This document shows positions 47,501 through 55,900 of a stretch of 59,125 bases of DNA, piece after piece. The number at the start of each line of letters is the position of its first letter. The stretch's first letter is position 1. The DNA is taken from positions 1-59,125 of the forward strand of contig JACPAB010000002.1 in the NCBI GenBank assembly GCA_016181045.1, given 5' to 3'. The stretch comes from Candidatus Yanofskybacteria bacterium. Lineage in GTDB: Bacteria > Patescibacteriota > Minisyncoccia > 2-02-FULL-40-12 > GWA2-44-9. The notes under the pieces were generated by a model, which worked only from the letters and a program-made list of their open reading frames with translations, ran no database searches and had not been told where the DNA came from. The translations under genes were made by a program, and so were the position numbers.

Positions 47501-49127
47501 ATGGGATTCAACCAATGACCGGTTTGATTTCAATAATTTCCCGGTGCGTCTGCAAAACCAGCTGATTGTTGCCGGAACGACCAGTTCTTCGTCTTTTGCC
47601 GGGCCGACATGGTTCACCGGTACGCCGACCGGAACGGCTTTGGCGAATGGATCAGTGTTTATCAATCCAAGCTCCGGGCCGACAAACAACACTCTTTTTG
47701 CCATTGCTGTTGCCGGTTCGGAACGGTTAAGAATTGACGCGGAAGGCGATGCCACGATTCAGGGCGATTTAGGGGTGGAAAATCAGATTTACGACATTAC
47801 TGAAGATACTCTCCGAATCAATGACGATATCCAGATAAACGGCAATGACATCAAAGATTCAGGAACTGTGAGCAGGATTTCTCTTGGAGCCACCACCATC
47901 CTTACCAATACGATTACAGACTTGACCGGCGATTTAGAGATTTCAGGAGGCGATATTCGGGATTCTGGTGGAACAAACAGAGTCACGTTCAGCACCTTGG
48001 GAACAACCGGGCTCACTTCTATAACCGGCGCTCTGGACACGACCACCTATCTTAAATCAGGAGATGAATTGATTATTACCAATGCTGCCCAGTTTGCCGG
48101 CGCTTCGACCGCTTCATACTCAAGATTCGGCACCGTCGCTACCAGCCACGGTCTCTCCGCCACCAACGACCTTCTCATTAACGGCAAGCTTGAAGTTGAC
48201 GGCACCTCTTACTTTGACGGCACCACCAACTTCTTCGGCATTGCTTCTTCTTCACTCTTCTACGCCCAGCCCGGCACCGCCGCCTCGCCATCCTTCTCCT
48301 TTGCCATTGACCAAGATACGGGCATGTTCAGACCGGCAATCAACCAGCTGGGCTTCTCCACATTGGGGATTGAAAGATTGAGAATCAATTCTGACGGCAA
48401 TGTAGGCATCAACGCCGGAGGAACCATTGACACTAAATTTGAAGTCGGAGGCACGGCTTCAATCGGAGGCAATCTGACTACCTATGGCGCCAACACCTTC
48501 TCGGGCACCGGCTCATCCTCATTTTCCGGAAGCGTGGATATATCAAAAGGACTCCGAGTCGGAGCCAACACCGCCTTATCAGTCAATGCCAATGCCAGCG
48601 CCAATACATTGGTCTTAGTGGGCGGCAACGTCGGCATCGGGACGACGGGCCCGGTATATACACTTGATATACAAGCACCTACAGGTTCAGCTCGAATAAC
48701 ATCTTTAACTGGAACTGATCCTGTCTATCAGTATTTCGCTAATACTGGCGGTAGTGCCGTTATTGGGGTTGACAGTAGTACCGGAAATTCACTTATTTCA
48801 AGTGGTGGACTTGCTTATTCACTGGCTTTTGTAGCACCTGGTACTACTCGTGCCATTCAACTGGCAACCAATAACGCTGCCAGATTGACGATAGACAGCA
48901 CCGGCAACGTCGGCATCGGGACCACAGCCCCTACAAGCAAGCTTGAGGTGCTGGGCGGGCGGCTTGAGGTGGGCGGCACTGCCTCTGCTTCTTACCTTCT
49001 CACCGGCAATACTATCCAGGTTGGGGGCTTTGCCTCGGTTTCCTACAACCGCTTCGGTACTTCAACCACCGGCCATTCACCAACAACGCTTTGGTTGTTA
49101 ACGCCAACGCCACAGCCAACACCTTAA
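38583..49127 (+). CDS. Giant repetitive surface/fibre protein, N-terminal part (HTH, TM anchor, GNVGIG repeat array)
   Basis: YSQEYLSLLARRGKI..KIGRNWYTT HTH; TM ITAVVAIFIIAGGF; NLNA..LDG motifs; many GNVGIGT repeats; frame breaks near 49078. Confidence 0.85.
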   Translation: MRPEEESFIEDKTGQNWMSMFEASSRCSYSQEYLSLLARRGKIFAQKIGRNWYTTEDSLNEYLKKQSLTITVPRNVLGRLTSSVPLTPEEPEAGDKSDTGHESHSKVFEEFERLNPQLFQAKKSENLPAGETIKFPSEKVVQSTAPAFQKQDDVLNKLDRLSDSLGNFAERITRKLDQPKEEPLTPEQEEFFEVQLPSFGYRFKIFDRYARSMMRSPVRMMTIMITAVVAIFIIAGGFSFGQVDHVVQQIRDTFKNADTLQGHFPGTHANEVLVLDKAGNVSIFGHIETQGQLRSFASDGVAPLVVDSMTLVDNLNANYLDGLASKDFTLAFVTKNGNITHEDVFLEGNVEVGKTLTVKGAAKLLDSLQVYGTLGVFSDAVFGRNVTLTNGDLSIKKGTIKIFNTALIKNLNAEFLDGLRKNDINLDFVTSNGASTANGITIGALEVNGQSDFRGMGFFHEGVWGSDGAFGTLGVSGDAIIGSQDKPEKSSFQVYSKKFQINQDGNVGISGKTTTADLVVSKMLSDLISSGSFDLGSSTNRWVDVFAQNLNLSGTFTASGSVNFAGTSSNSFTINTDNATADTENSYLSFERGTTTPNATLKWNSTNNRFEFNEPLFVASSSAETIFSVSGGPASVSNTLYVQNGGNVGIGTTSPGAKLDVVGRGLFVNSETQGTASASYLLTGNTLQVGGFASAAYSRFGTLTLTTNPAGNWITTTNDVLVSGDLYGVGSLAFAGPASISNTLFVGTGGKTGNVGIGTTAPLSKLEVSGGRLEVGGTASASYLLTGNTLQVGGFASAAYSRFGTLTTGHSNYISASNDLLISGDLEVKGTASFAGGASISGNFNLAGDQTISGNLTVNGTGSSSFAGSLNVSKGIHGLADITATGRFIGYSTASNSFAGSLDITKGLRVTGNITNDALSASRLVFSNGSKVLSSVSTLTGWIAGTSNQITVTDDLDGSVTLSLPQNIHTGASPTFAGLTLTGNLTGINAEFQGTASASYLLTGNTLQVGGYASAAYSRFGTDETGYSNFITTTNDLLISGDLEVNASANFDGNLRVGNGSTPALFVQSGNGNVGIGTTGPLTTLHVKGSVADDKIRAQGLVVGDHSFIGSYNSAGTVTGYFGATRNSADGAGRPADSVVLLTGTNSPLVFSTNENERMRITGAGNVGIGTATPTSLLTVQGRGEFQGTASASYLLTGNTLQVGGFASAAYSRFGTSTLTTNPAGNWITTTNDVLVSGDLYGVGSLAFAGPASISNTLFVGTGGKTGNVGIGTTGPINKLEVEGGDISFGSSTTNLRKIIFGSNNGNDYLGFRDVSSGTNALEFAQDGSIKFVIDGVTGNVGIGNTVPDTKLDITGTASASLYYSGDGVVGAPGYSFSNDPNTGIYRGGTDILSFATGGSERVRINANGNVGINYGGNLDTFFEVGGTASISGNLLLGGIQQTSGTSSSSFAGLLQLNATPTGTGISQGSLYLNPKSAGTNNVIIGVAVNSTEKLRIDAEGDVQTVGLFNSTNTSGTNQLSGNLQVDGNTTLGNATSDTITATGRFSSHLIPSADLTYNLGDPSLRWDSFYVASLSVTNLFAGGTASSSFVINKDNTTNDAEDSFLEFERGTATPNAKLQWDSANDQFVFNYPISTAGSVFGIGTASSSFAGPVWFTGTPTGTNLQSGSVYINPGSAATNYTLFGIGVAGVERFRVDAEGDTTIAGDLGVENQIYDITEDTLRINDDLQINGNDIKDSGTTVRITLGATTTLTATVTDLTGDLEVSGLDIRDSGGTNRITFTTLGATGLTSVTGALDTTTYLKSGDELIVTNAGQFAGTATVAYSRFGTTATTHALSATNDLLINGKLEVDGTAYFDGTVNFPSIASASLFHAQDGTAASPSYTFAIDKDTGMFRPVVNQLAFSTLGTERLRIDNLGNVGIGTTGPTSLLTVQGRGEFQGTASASYLLTGNTLQVGGFASAAYSRFGTSTLTTNPAGNWITGSNDLLISGDLYGVGSIAFAGPASISNTLFVGTGGKTGNVGIGTTGPASALHIGGTGALSFGTSPAQSGNIRVPNNTTIIAARRANDLSDFVVLVSDIQNNITISAVGDVTISPGTGAIWDFKTGAGNPLQPRGDNDTDFGGTATRVRTGYFGTSIVDPLLIGGSAVGSSLELKSTSGVGTTDFIKFTVGNNGGTEAMRIIDSGNVGIGTTGPTSRLNVEGGRLEVGGTASASYFLTGNTLQVGGFASAAYSRFGTSTTGHSNYISASNDLLISGDLETRGTASFGGVASVSGNFFTYGTNTFSGAGSSSFAGSLSVAKGFLAGANNALVVNGAATANTLNIVGANVGIGTTGPGAKLHVSDTSQNADLKLESTYSAATDGRARLVMTAVDRQWIVQLDGTGDLWKIRDDSAGEDRLVINYGGNVGIGTTGPGSALHVISNVDSEGITLERTSATTGKYSFGLDTAGNLKVSETGVSARLTVLKTSGNVGIGTTGPVGKLEIRGTTADSPNFALNLSDVDVAHVITGWAPAATYGFLNILNSTAGGLQVFGASDAAGVRGLELNGFIGVTDPTDTVPAIWINGGKSDGTNQAALGAAETVLQIANGGTAAVTLLGSGNVGIGTTGPGSKLDVLGGWANIRAGTSGITQQANGELLLSSTGPKLWIEDTDATSGQRVMKIHTSSGLTKFESMSDDGVTNTVGNILVLEHSTGNVGIGNTSPDSKLDVTGTASASLYYSGDGTVGAPGYSFSQDPNTGIYRGGTDILSFATGGSERVRINASGNVGLNYGGNLDTFFEVGGTASISGNLLLGGIQQTSGTSSSSFAGLLQLNATPAGTGISQGSLYINPKSAGTNNVIVGIAVNSTEKLRIDAEGDVQTVGLFNSTNTSGTNQLSGNLQVDGNTTLGNATSDTIATTGRFNSDILPSADLTYNLGSSVLRWDNVYFGSASITNLFAGGTASSSFIINSDNTTADAEDSQLEFERGTTIPNAILKWDSTNDRFDFNNFPVRLQNQLIVAGTTSSSSFAGPTWFTGTPTGTALANGSVFINPSSGPTNNTLFAIAVAGSERLRIDAEGDATIQGDLGVENQIYDITEDTLRINDDIQINGNDIKDSGTVSRISLGATTILTNTITDLTGDLEISGGDIRDSGGTNRVTFSTLGTTGLTSITGALDTTTYLKSGDELIITNAAQFAGASTASYSRFGTVATSHGLSATNDLLINGKLEVDGTSYFDGTTNFFGIASSSLFYAQPGTAASPSFSFAIDQDTGMFRPAINQLGFSTLGIERLRINSDGNVGINAGGTIDTKFEVGGTASIGGNLTTYGANTFSGTGSSSFSGSVDISKGLRVGANTALSVNANASANTLVLVGGNVGIGTTGPVYTLDIQAPTGSARITSLTGTDPVYQYFANTGGSAVIGVDSSTGNSLISSGGLAYSLAFVAPGTTRAIQLATNNAARLTIDSTGNVGIGTTAPTSKLEVLGGRLEVGGTASASYLLTGNTIQVGGFASVSYNRFGTSTTGHSPTTLWLLTPTPQPTP
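42597..48395 (+). repeat. ~1.74-kb diverged internal duplication (42597-44330 vs 46656-48395)
   Basis: Both blocks run from GNVGIGNT.PD.KLD.TGTASASLYYSGDG to FSTLG.ERLRI. Confidence 0.85.
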
Positions 49128-49931
49128 ACATTGTGGGCGGCAACGTCGGCATCGGGACGACGGGGCCGACATCGCAATTATCCATAATAAAAACAGGCGC
49201 TAATACCACATTTCATTTGGGTCCAAGTGAATCTACTGGCCTGGATATTTTTCGCGAAAATGCAACGGGGAACATTTATTACGATGTAACTGAATCTGGG
49301 GCATCTGCTATCTTTAGAACCAATGCAGTTTCAAACGGGTCTTTTCAATTTTTGTCCGGCAACGTCGGCATCGGGACGACGGGGCCAACTTCGCTTCTCA
49401 CCGTCCAGGGCCGGGGCGAGTTCCAAGGCACGGCCTCTGCTTCTTACCTTCTCACCGGCAATACTATCCAGGTTGGGGGCTTTGCCTCGGTTTCCTACAA
49501 CCGCTTCGGTACTTCAACCACCGGCCATTCACTTTCGGAGGAACCGGCTCATCTTCTTTTGCCGGCTCCCTATCTATAGCCAAAGGATTCCTGGCCGGAG
49601 CCAACAACGCTTTGGTTGTTAACGCCAACGCAACAGCCAACACGCTGAACATTGTCGGCGGCAACGTCGGCATCGGGACCACAGCACCTACAAGCAAGCT
49701 TGAGGTGCTGGGCGGGCGACTTGAGGTCGGCGGCACCGCCTCGGCCTCCTACCTTCTCACCGGCAATACTTTGCAGGTTGGCGGCTTTGCTTCGGCGGCG
49801 TATTCAAGGTTTGGGACATCAACTCTTACGACCAATCCGGCAGGTAACTGGATAACGGGAAGCAACGACCTTCTTATCTCCGGCGACTTGTATGGCGTAG
49901 GTTCAAGGCGACTTGTATGGCGTAGGTTCAA
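49079..49931 (+). other. Internal fragments of the giant gene between three frameshifting junctions (probable assembly artefacts)
   Basis: ORFs 49091-49579 and 49612-50109 encode the same repeat units; 25-nt tandem duplication at 49882-49931. Confidence 0.7.
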
Positions 49932-52900
49932 TCGCATTTGCCGGACCAGCATCTATCTCCAACACTTTATTTGTCGGAACAGGCGGCAAGACCGGCAACG
50001 TCGGCATCGGGACGACGGGGCCGGGGCATACACTCCATATACGGTCAGCAAATCAGGGAGTCAATTTTGGAGGTACTACTGCTGTACAACTAGCTTTGTA
50101 TACAAGTGACGCGCAAGCCATTGACAAAGGTGGACAGATCGCACTAGGAGGGGCCACTGGTAATTCCAACACCCCGAACTATGCTTTTGGTACGATTGCG
50201 GGACGCAAGGAAAATGGCACCTCTGACAACTTTGCTGGATATCTGCAGTTTTCAACAACGGGGGGGGGTTCCACGATTGCCGAGGCCATGAGAATCACAA
50301 GCACCGGCAACGTCGGCATCGGGACCACAGCACCTACAAGCAAGCTTGAGGTGCTGGGCGGGCGACTTGAGGTGGGCGGCACGGCCTCTGCTTCCTACTT
50401 CTTGACCGGCAATACTCTCCAAGTCGGCGGATTTGCTTCGGTTGCCTATTCAAGGTTCGGGACTTCAACCTTGACTACTAATCCCGCTGGCAATTGGATT
50501 ACCACAACCAACGATGTCCTGGTCTCGGGGGACTTATACGGCGTCGGCTCATTATCCTTTGCCGGACCGGCATCAATATCCAACACCCTATTCGTGGGTA
50601 CAGGAGGCAATACCGGCAACGTCGGCATCGGGACGACGAACCCAAAGTTTAAATTAGATGTCCTTAAGTCGGGTGGAAGCGACATCGTGAGATTTGGCTC
50701 TGATACGACGAATTATCTGAAGATAGATAGTGGCACCATCTCGACGGACCTCGTCTCATCAGAAAATAGGGCTTTCACCATCTTAACCAATGCTGTCGAA
50801 CGTCTGAGAATCACCGGCGGCGGCAACGTCGGCATCGGGAATACTACGCCTGATTCAAAACTTGATGTGGCCGGAAATATCACTGCCTCTACTTCCGGCA
50901 ATATTGATTTAACCCTTCGTTCATCATCAGCCGTAGGCGACGACGGCAAATTCATTATCCGTTCAACAGGCGCTTCTGACCGCCTTGAAATCATGAACGG
51001 CTCCACGCCGACTTCGTTGGTTACGATTGCTTCATCCGGCAACGTCGGGATTGGGGAAACATCTCCCACAGCTTTACTTGAAATCAAAGGTGGAACCGCT
51101 TCAATCAGCAATACTTTGTTTGTAGAAAATAACGGCAGTGTGGGGATCGGGACGACGGTGCCGGAGGCAAAACTTACTATTTTGGGAGTATCTGGCAATC
51201 AAATAAAAATTGATTCATCGAATGGCACCGCAAGCGCTATTGTCTTTTTTAACGGAGGAGTCAACAGATGGGAATTCTACAGCAGTTCGAATTCTACCAA
51301 CGACTTAATTGTGCAGGATAATACCGCCGGTACTCAACCCCTCATAATTAAAAGGACAACCGGCAACGTCGGCATCGGGACGGAAACCCCATCCTCCCTT
51401 CTCACCGTCCAAGGCCGGGGAGAGTTCCAAGGCACCGCCTCGGCCTCTTACCTTCTGACCGGCAACACCTTGCAGGTGGGAGGATTTGCTTCGGCGGCGT
51501 ATTCAAGGTTCGGGACTACTGCCACCACTCATTCAAACTGGATTTCAACTGCCAGCGACCTTTTCTTATCCAATGACCTTGAAGGCCGGGGCTCCATTTC
51601 TTTTGCAGGAACCGCTTCCTTATCCAATACCCTCTGGGTCTCACCGGGAGGGTTTTCCGGCAACGTCGGCATCGGGACGACAGCACCAACTACGAAACTG
51701 GACGTTTCCGGGGCGGCTTCGGTATCCGCCGACTTTGAGGTCGGCGGCGTGATTTTGGCGGCTGACGGAACAACCTCTCTTCCAAGTATAGCGTTTACGA
51801 ATGATAGGGATGCCGGCATATATCGAGTTTCCAACGCTTTGAGCTTCACTCTTGGCGGCACGACGATGTTATCACTTGACGCGACCGGCTCGGAAAACCA
51901 AATCACCATTGACGGGGGGATTCCGCTGGGATTCGGCACCAGCGCACGGAATCCAACTGCATACCTGCGTCGCGATGCGAACAACATCCTGGGGATGCGC
52001 AATGGCACGGATGCGCAAGAATTTCGCATCTGGAACACGGATGCCGCCGCGGACGAATTTCTTAGTATCGGGTTCATCAATAACGCCAACGTGGCGACCT
52101 TTGAAACGGAGCAGGTCAGCGGTGGGACGGTGAGAAATTTTGCTTTCCTCGGCGGCAACGTTGGCATCAACACGACCACTCCTCAAACCAAATTCGAAGT
52201 CCAAGGCACCGCTTCCGCTTCTTACCTCCTGACTGGCAATACATTACAGGTGGGTGGTTTTGCCTCGGCTGCTTATTCAAGATTCGGCACCTTAACCACC
52301 GGGCATTCAAACTACATCTCGGCGTCTAACGATGTATTAATTTCCGGAGACCTTGAGACCCGGGGCACGGCTTCATTCGGAGGAGTGGCCTCGGTGTCGG
52401 GGAACTTCTTTACAAGAGGAACAAACACCTTCTCGGGAACCGGCTCCACCTCATTCTCCGGAAGCGTGGACATATCCAAAGGCCTTCGGGTCGGAGCCAA
52501 CACCGCATTATCGGTCAATGCCAACGCCTCGGCTAACACATTGGTTTTGGTGGGCGGCAATGTCGGGATAGGGACGAGCGACCTTACGACAAAACTTGAA
52601 GTGGCTGGCACGGCCTCTATTTCCGGGGCTACCACCTTAAGAGGGATAACCTACACCTGGCCCTCTGTTGATGGTTCGGCTAATCAGTTCCTGAGAACCA
52701 ATGGCTCGGGAACATTGGCTTGGGCCACATCCGGAGTAGCATCCAACTCCTTGGACTTCGATGAGTTTGTAAACAATATGACTCTAGATGCTAATTTGAG
52801 AATCACTTCGGCCTCTTACCAATTCAATTTAAGAAACACCGACTTTATTGCCGGCAATATCACTGCTTCATCGTCAGGCAATGTAGATTTTGTCCTTAGA

Positions 52901-55900
52901 TCATCCACCACTAATGGGGCAGCCAACAATGATGATGCTAAGTTTACTATCAGAACGGGATCATCTTCCGAGAACTTCCAGATCAGAAATGGGGCGAATA
53001 CCACTCTCCTCTCTATCGCTTCCAGTTCTGGCTTATTCAGTATTAAAGGTACCCTCACAGCCTTAACGGGAAACAATCTGAAATTACAGGCCTCAGGGAC
53101 TGGAACGGGAAGCACTGGATCAGGATCCATCTATTTCCTTGATTCCAGTGGAACGACCAAGGGGAGATTGGGAACCACTTCCACTGATACGGTAACACCG
53201 AATGCAGGCACGGGAGCTGATGGAAGTATTTCTCTCACCACGGCTGGAACTACTAATTGTCAGACCACTGCCATCGCAAACGGCAGATCAAACGCTGATT
53301 GTATTGCTACGGCTATTAGTACCACTTCCAACTCTGGCCAGACAGTGGTTACTGTTTCCTCTACCACCGGTTTCGCTGTTAATGATGAAATTCTATTGAT
53401 CCAAATGACCGGCACAGGGGCTGGTAACTATGAGTTTAGAAAAATTAGCAGTATAGATTCTTCAACCCAGATATCTACGACTGCTAATCTTACGAACACA
53501 TATACTAATGACGGGTCATCTAAGCCCCAGATGGTGAGAGTGCCGAATTACAATAACGTTACGATTGGTGATACCGGCCAAGCCAGAACACTAACCGTAA
53601 GCGCCTGGAATGGAACAGTGGGTGGAATATTGGCATTTCGGGCCAAGGGAACGGTGACGGTGGCGAGTGGGAGCTTAATTGATGTGAATGGATTGGGGCT
53701 TGGAGGTGGCGCGGGTGGCACAGGCGGAAACGGCGGCGCTGGCGTGGCACAGACGAATGCCGGTAACGGTAGCTTGGGTTCGACTGGTACTGCTGGTTCA
53801 GGAACCGGCGGCGGCAACGGAGGTGTGGCTGGCGGTGCAGTTGGTAACGGAGCGACGGGAGGTGCATCAAACGCGGGTTCTGGAGGTGGCGGAGCCGGAG
53901 GCATGGGAGGCGGAGGAGCAGGCGGGGCTTATGCAACCGCAAACGCTGGCGGTAATGGCACCTCGGGCGCTGGCGGAAACGGCGGCGCTGGCAGCGGTAC
54001 AGCGGGGACCCCAGGTTCCGGCGGAGCAGGAGGAGCTGGCACCGGAGGAGCCGCAGGAAGTACGCATGGCGCGGCCAGCTTGTCTACCCTATTTTTGGGT
54101 TCCGGCGGAGGAGGCGGCGCCGGCGGTAATGGCGGCGGCGGCGCAAACGGAGTCGAAGGTACAGGCGGCGGCGCCGGCGGTAATGGCGGCACAGGCGGAG
54201 CCGGAGGTGCAGGCGGTGGAATTGTATTTATAGAAGCAAGCACGATTTCTAACAGCGGGACGATTCGGGCGGATGGGAGTAGTGGAAGTTCAGGTTTAGT
54301 GGGATCAGTTGGCGCAAATGGGTTCAATGGTACTAACTGGCAGCAAGGCGGTGGTGGCGGAGGTTCTGGGGGAGCACCTGGCGGCGGCGGTTCAGGTGGA
54401 TCTGTCTATGTTGCGGCCTCAACCGTTACTGCAGGTACCATTACCGCCTCTGGCGGTTCAGGCAGTTCAACTGGTGGCAATGGCGGAAACGGCGGCGTTG
54501 GTGATGGTCCGAATATTAATGAAAATGGTGGCGGTGGCGGTGGCGGTGCCGGTGTTACTGGTGGAAGTGGAGGAGCAGGCGGAGGCACAACTGCGGTAGC
54601 TGGATCTGCAGGTGCTTCCGTAGCTGCGGGCGCGGGTAGCGCCGGCGGCAATGGCCGTATTCGCTGTGATACGTCTGCTGGTTCTGGCTGCACCACTACT
54701 CCATCAGCCAACCAGAACGTCTACAGCGCATCTCTTGGTAATAGCTTAGGCACCCTCTATATTGGTGCCACCAACACGACTTCCTCCGACTTGGCGGAGT
54801 ATTATCCCGCCCATGATAAATCTCTTGTTTCCGGCGATGTGGTTTCGGTTGATTTTGATGGTTCCAGCTACGGTCTTGTAAAAGCCCGCGACTCTGATCC
54901 GCCCTTAGGGATAATATCAACCAACCCCGGCTTGATACTCGGCGGAGGCGAGGGAGACAAATCGAGTGAACGTCTTGTCGCCCTGGCCGGGCGGGTGCCG
55001 GCTAAGGTTTCCGACGAGAACGGCCCGATCAACGTCGGCGACAAATTGGCGGTTAGTAAAACCACATCCGGCTATGCGATGAAAGCAACCGAAGCCGGAG
55101 AGATAGTGGGCGTAGCTCTTGAGCCGTTTGGTAATTTGCCGGCGTCGAGTTCATTTGAAAATGTTGCCAGCGGCTCATTCTCAAATCTTGCTTCCGGCTC
55201 GGTTCCGGTTGCTCCGCCAAAGCCGGTAACTTACGGGAAAATTCTGACTTTCGTGAATGTCGGCTATTGGGCGCCGGCGGAAAGCCAGATTTCGATAAAT
55301 GGAGAATTTGCGATCAGAGGAAGCGGGAGCTTGTCTGATGTAATCGTGGTATCATCGGTTGAGTTTGGAGAGGTTGCCTCCGGTTCAAGAGCGGTTATTG
55401 CCACAGTTATCAAAACGGTTTTGACGAAAGTCCAAAACCTCTGGGCATCCGGCGACATTATCGCCGAGGGCATCCGCAAAACGTATTTTGCGGTTGTTAA
55501 TATTGAAATATTTAAGGATTTAAATATAACCGATTGGGGGACGCGAAGCATAACTATCGCCAATACTGCTGATGATGCGACAAAATCATTATTTAGTGGA
55601 AACGGCGCGCAGGCGGCGGCGGAGTCAAAATTAGACCTCAAGGAGAACGGCGCATACTTAGCCACCTACGGCGTGGACTCAACCAGGGGAGAGATTGCGT
55701 TGAGCGGTTCGTCTGATTTAGTCGGCGGCGAGGCGAAAGTGTTCTTCGACTTCTCGTTCAGTTCGGTAATATCGCCAGATGTTCCTTTGAAAGTTTTGAC
55801 GACCCCGACAACCATGATGCAGGGCCAGTTATATGTGGCCAACAAGACGCCTTATGGCTTTGTGGTCAAAGGCATGAACGGCGCTTTGGACGGAAAGTTT

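Larger units (their letters stand above)
40518..51677 (+). repeat. Dispersed DNA-conserved repeat GGCAACGTCGGCATCGGGA (22 exact copies counted by eye, plus variants)
   Basis: Starts at 40518, 40839, 41796, 42075, 42381, 42597, 44331, 45135, 45792, 45984, 46656, 48624, 48903, 49139, 49358, 49660, 49994, 50306, 50615, 50822, 51362, 51659. Confidence 0.9.

Noticed and set aside
49091-50109. Independent small genes at 49091-49579 and 49612-50109
   Set aside because: They are mid-repeat fragments of the giant gene created by frameshifting junctions.
40518-51677. GGCAACGTCGGCATCGGGA repeats as a CRISPR array
   Set aside because: Intervals are about 190 bp to over 1.7 kb, irregular and protein-coding in frame; no cas genes or leader.
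40600-52450. Diversity-generating retroelement (TR/VR pair) in the scaffold repeats
   Set aside because: No reverse transcriptase in the window, and differences among copies look mostly synonymous rather than adenine-specific.
53690-54660. Collagen-like domain
   Set aside because: Gly-rich but not Gly-X-Y periodic; GGxGGxGG pattern instead.
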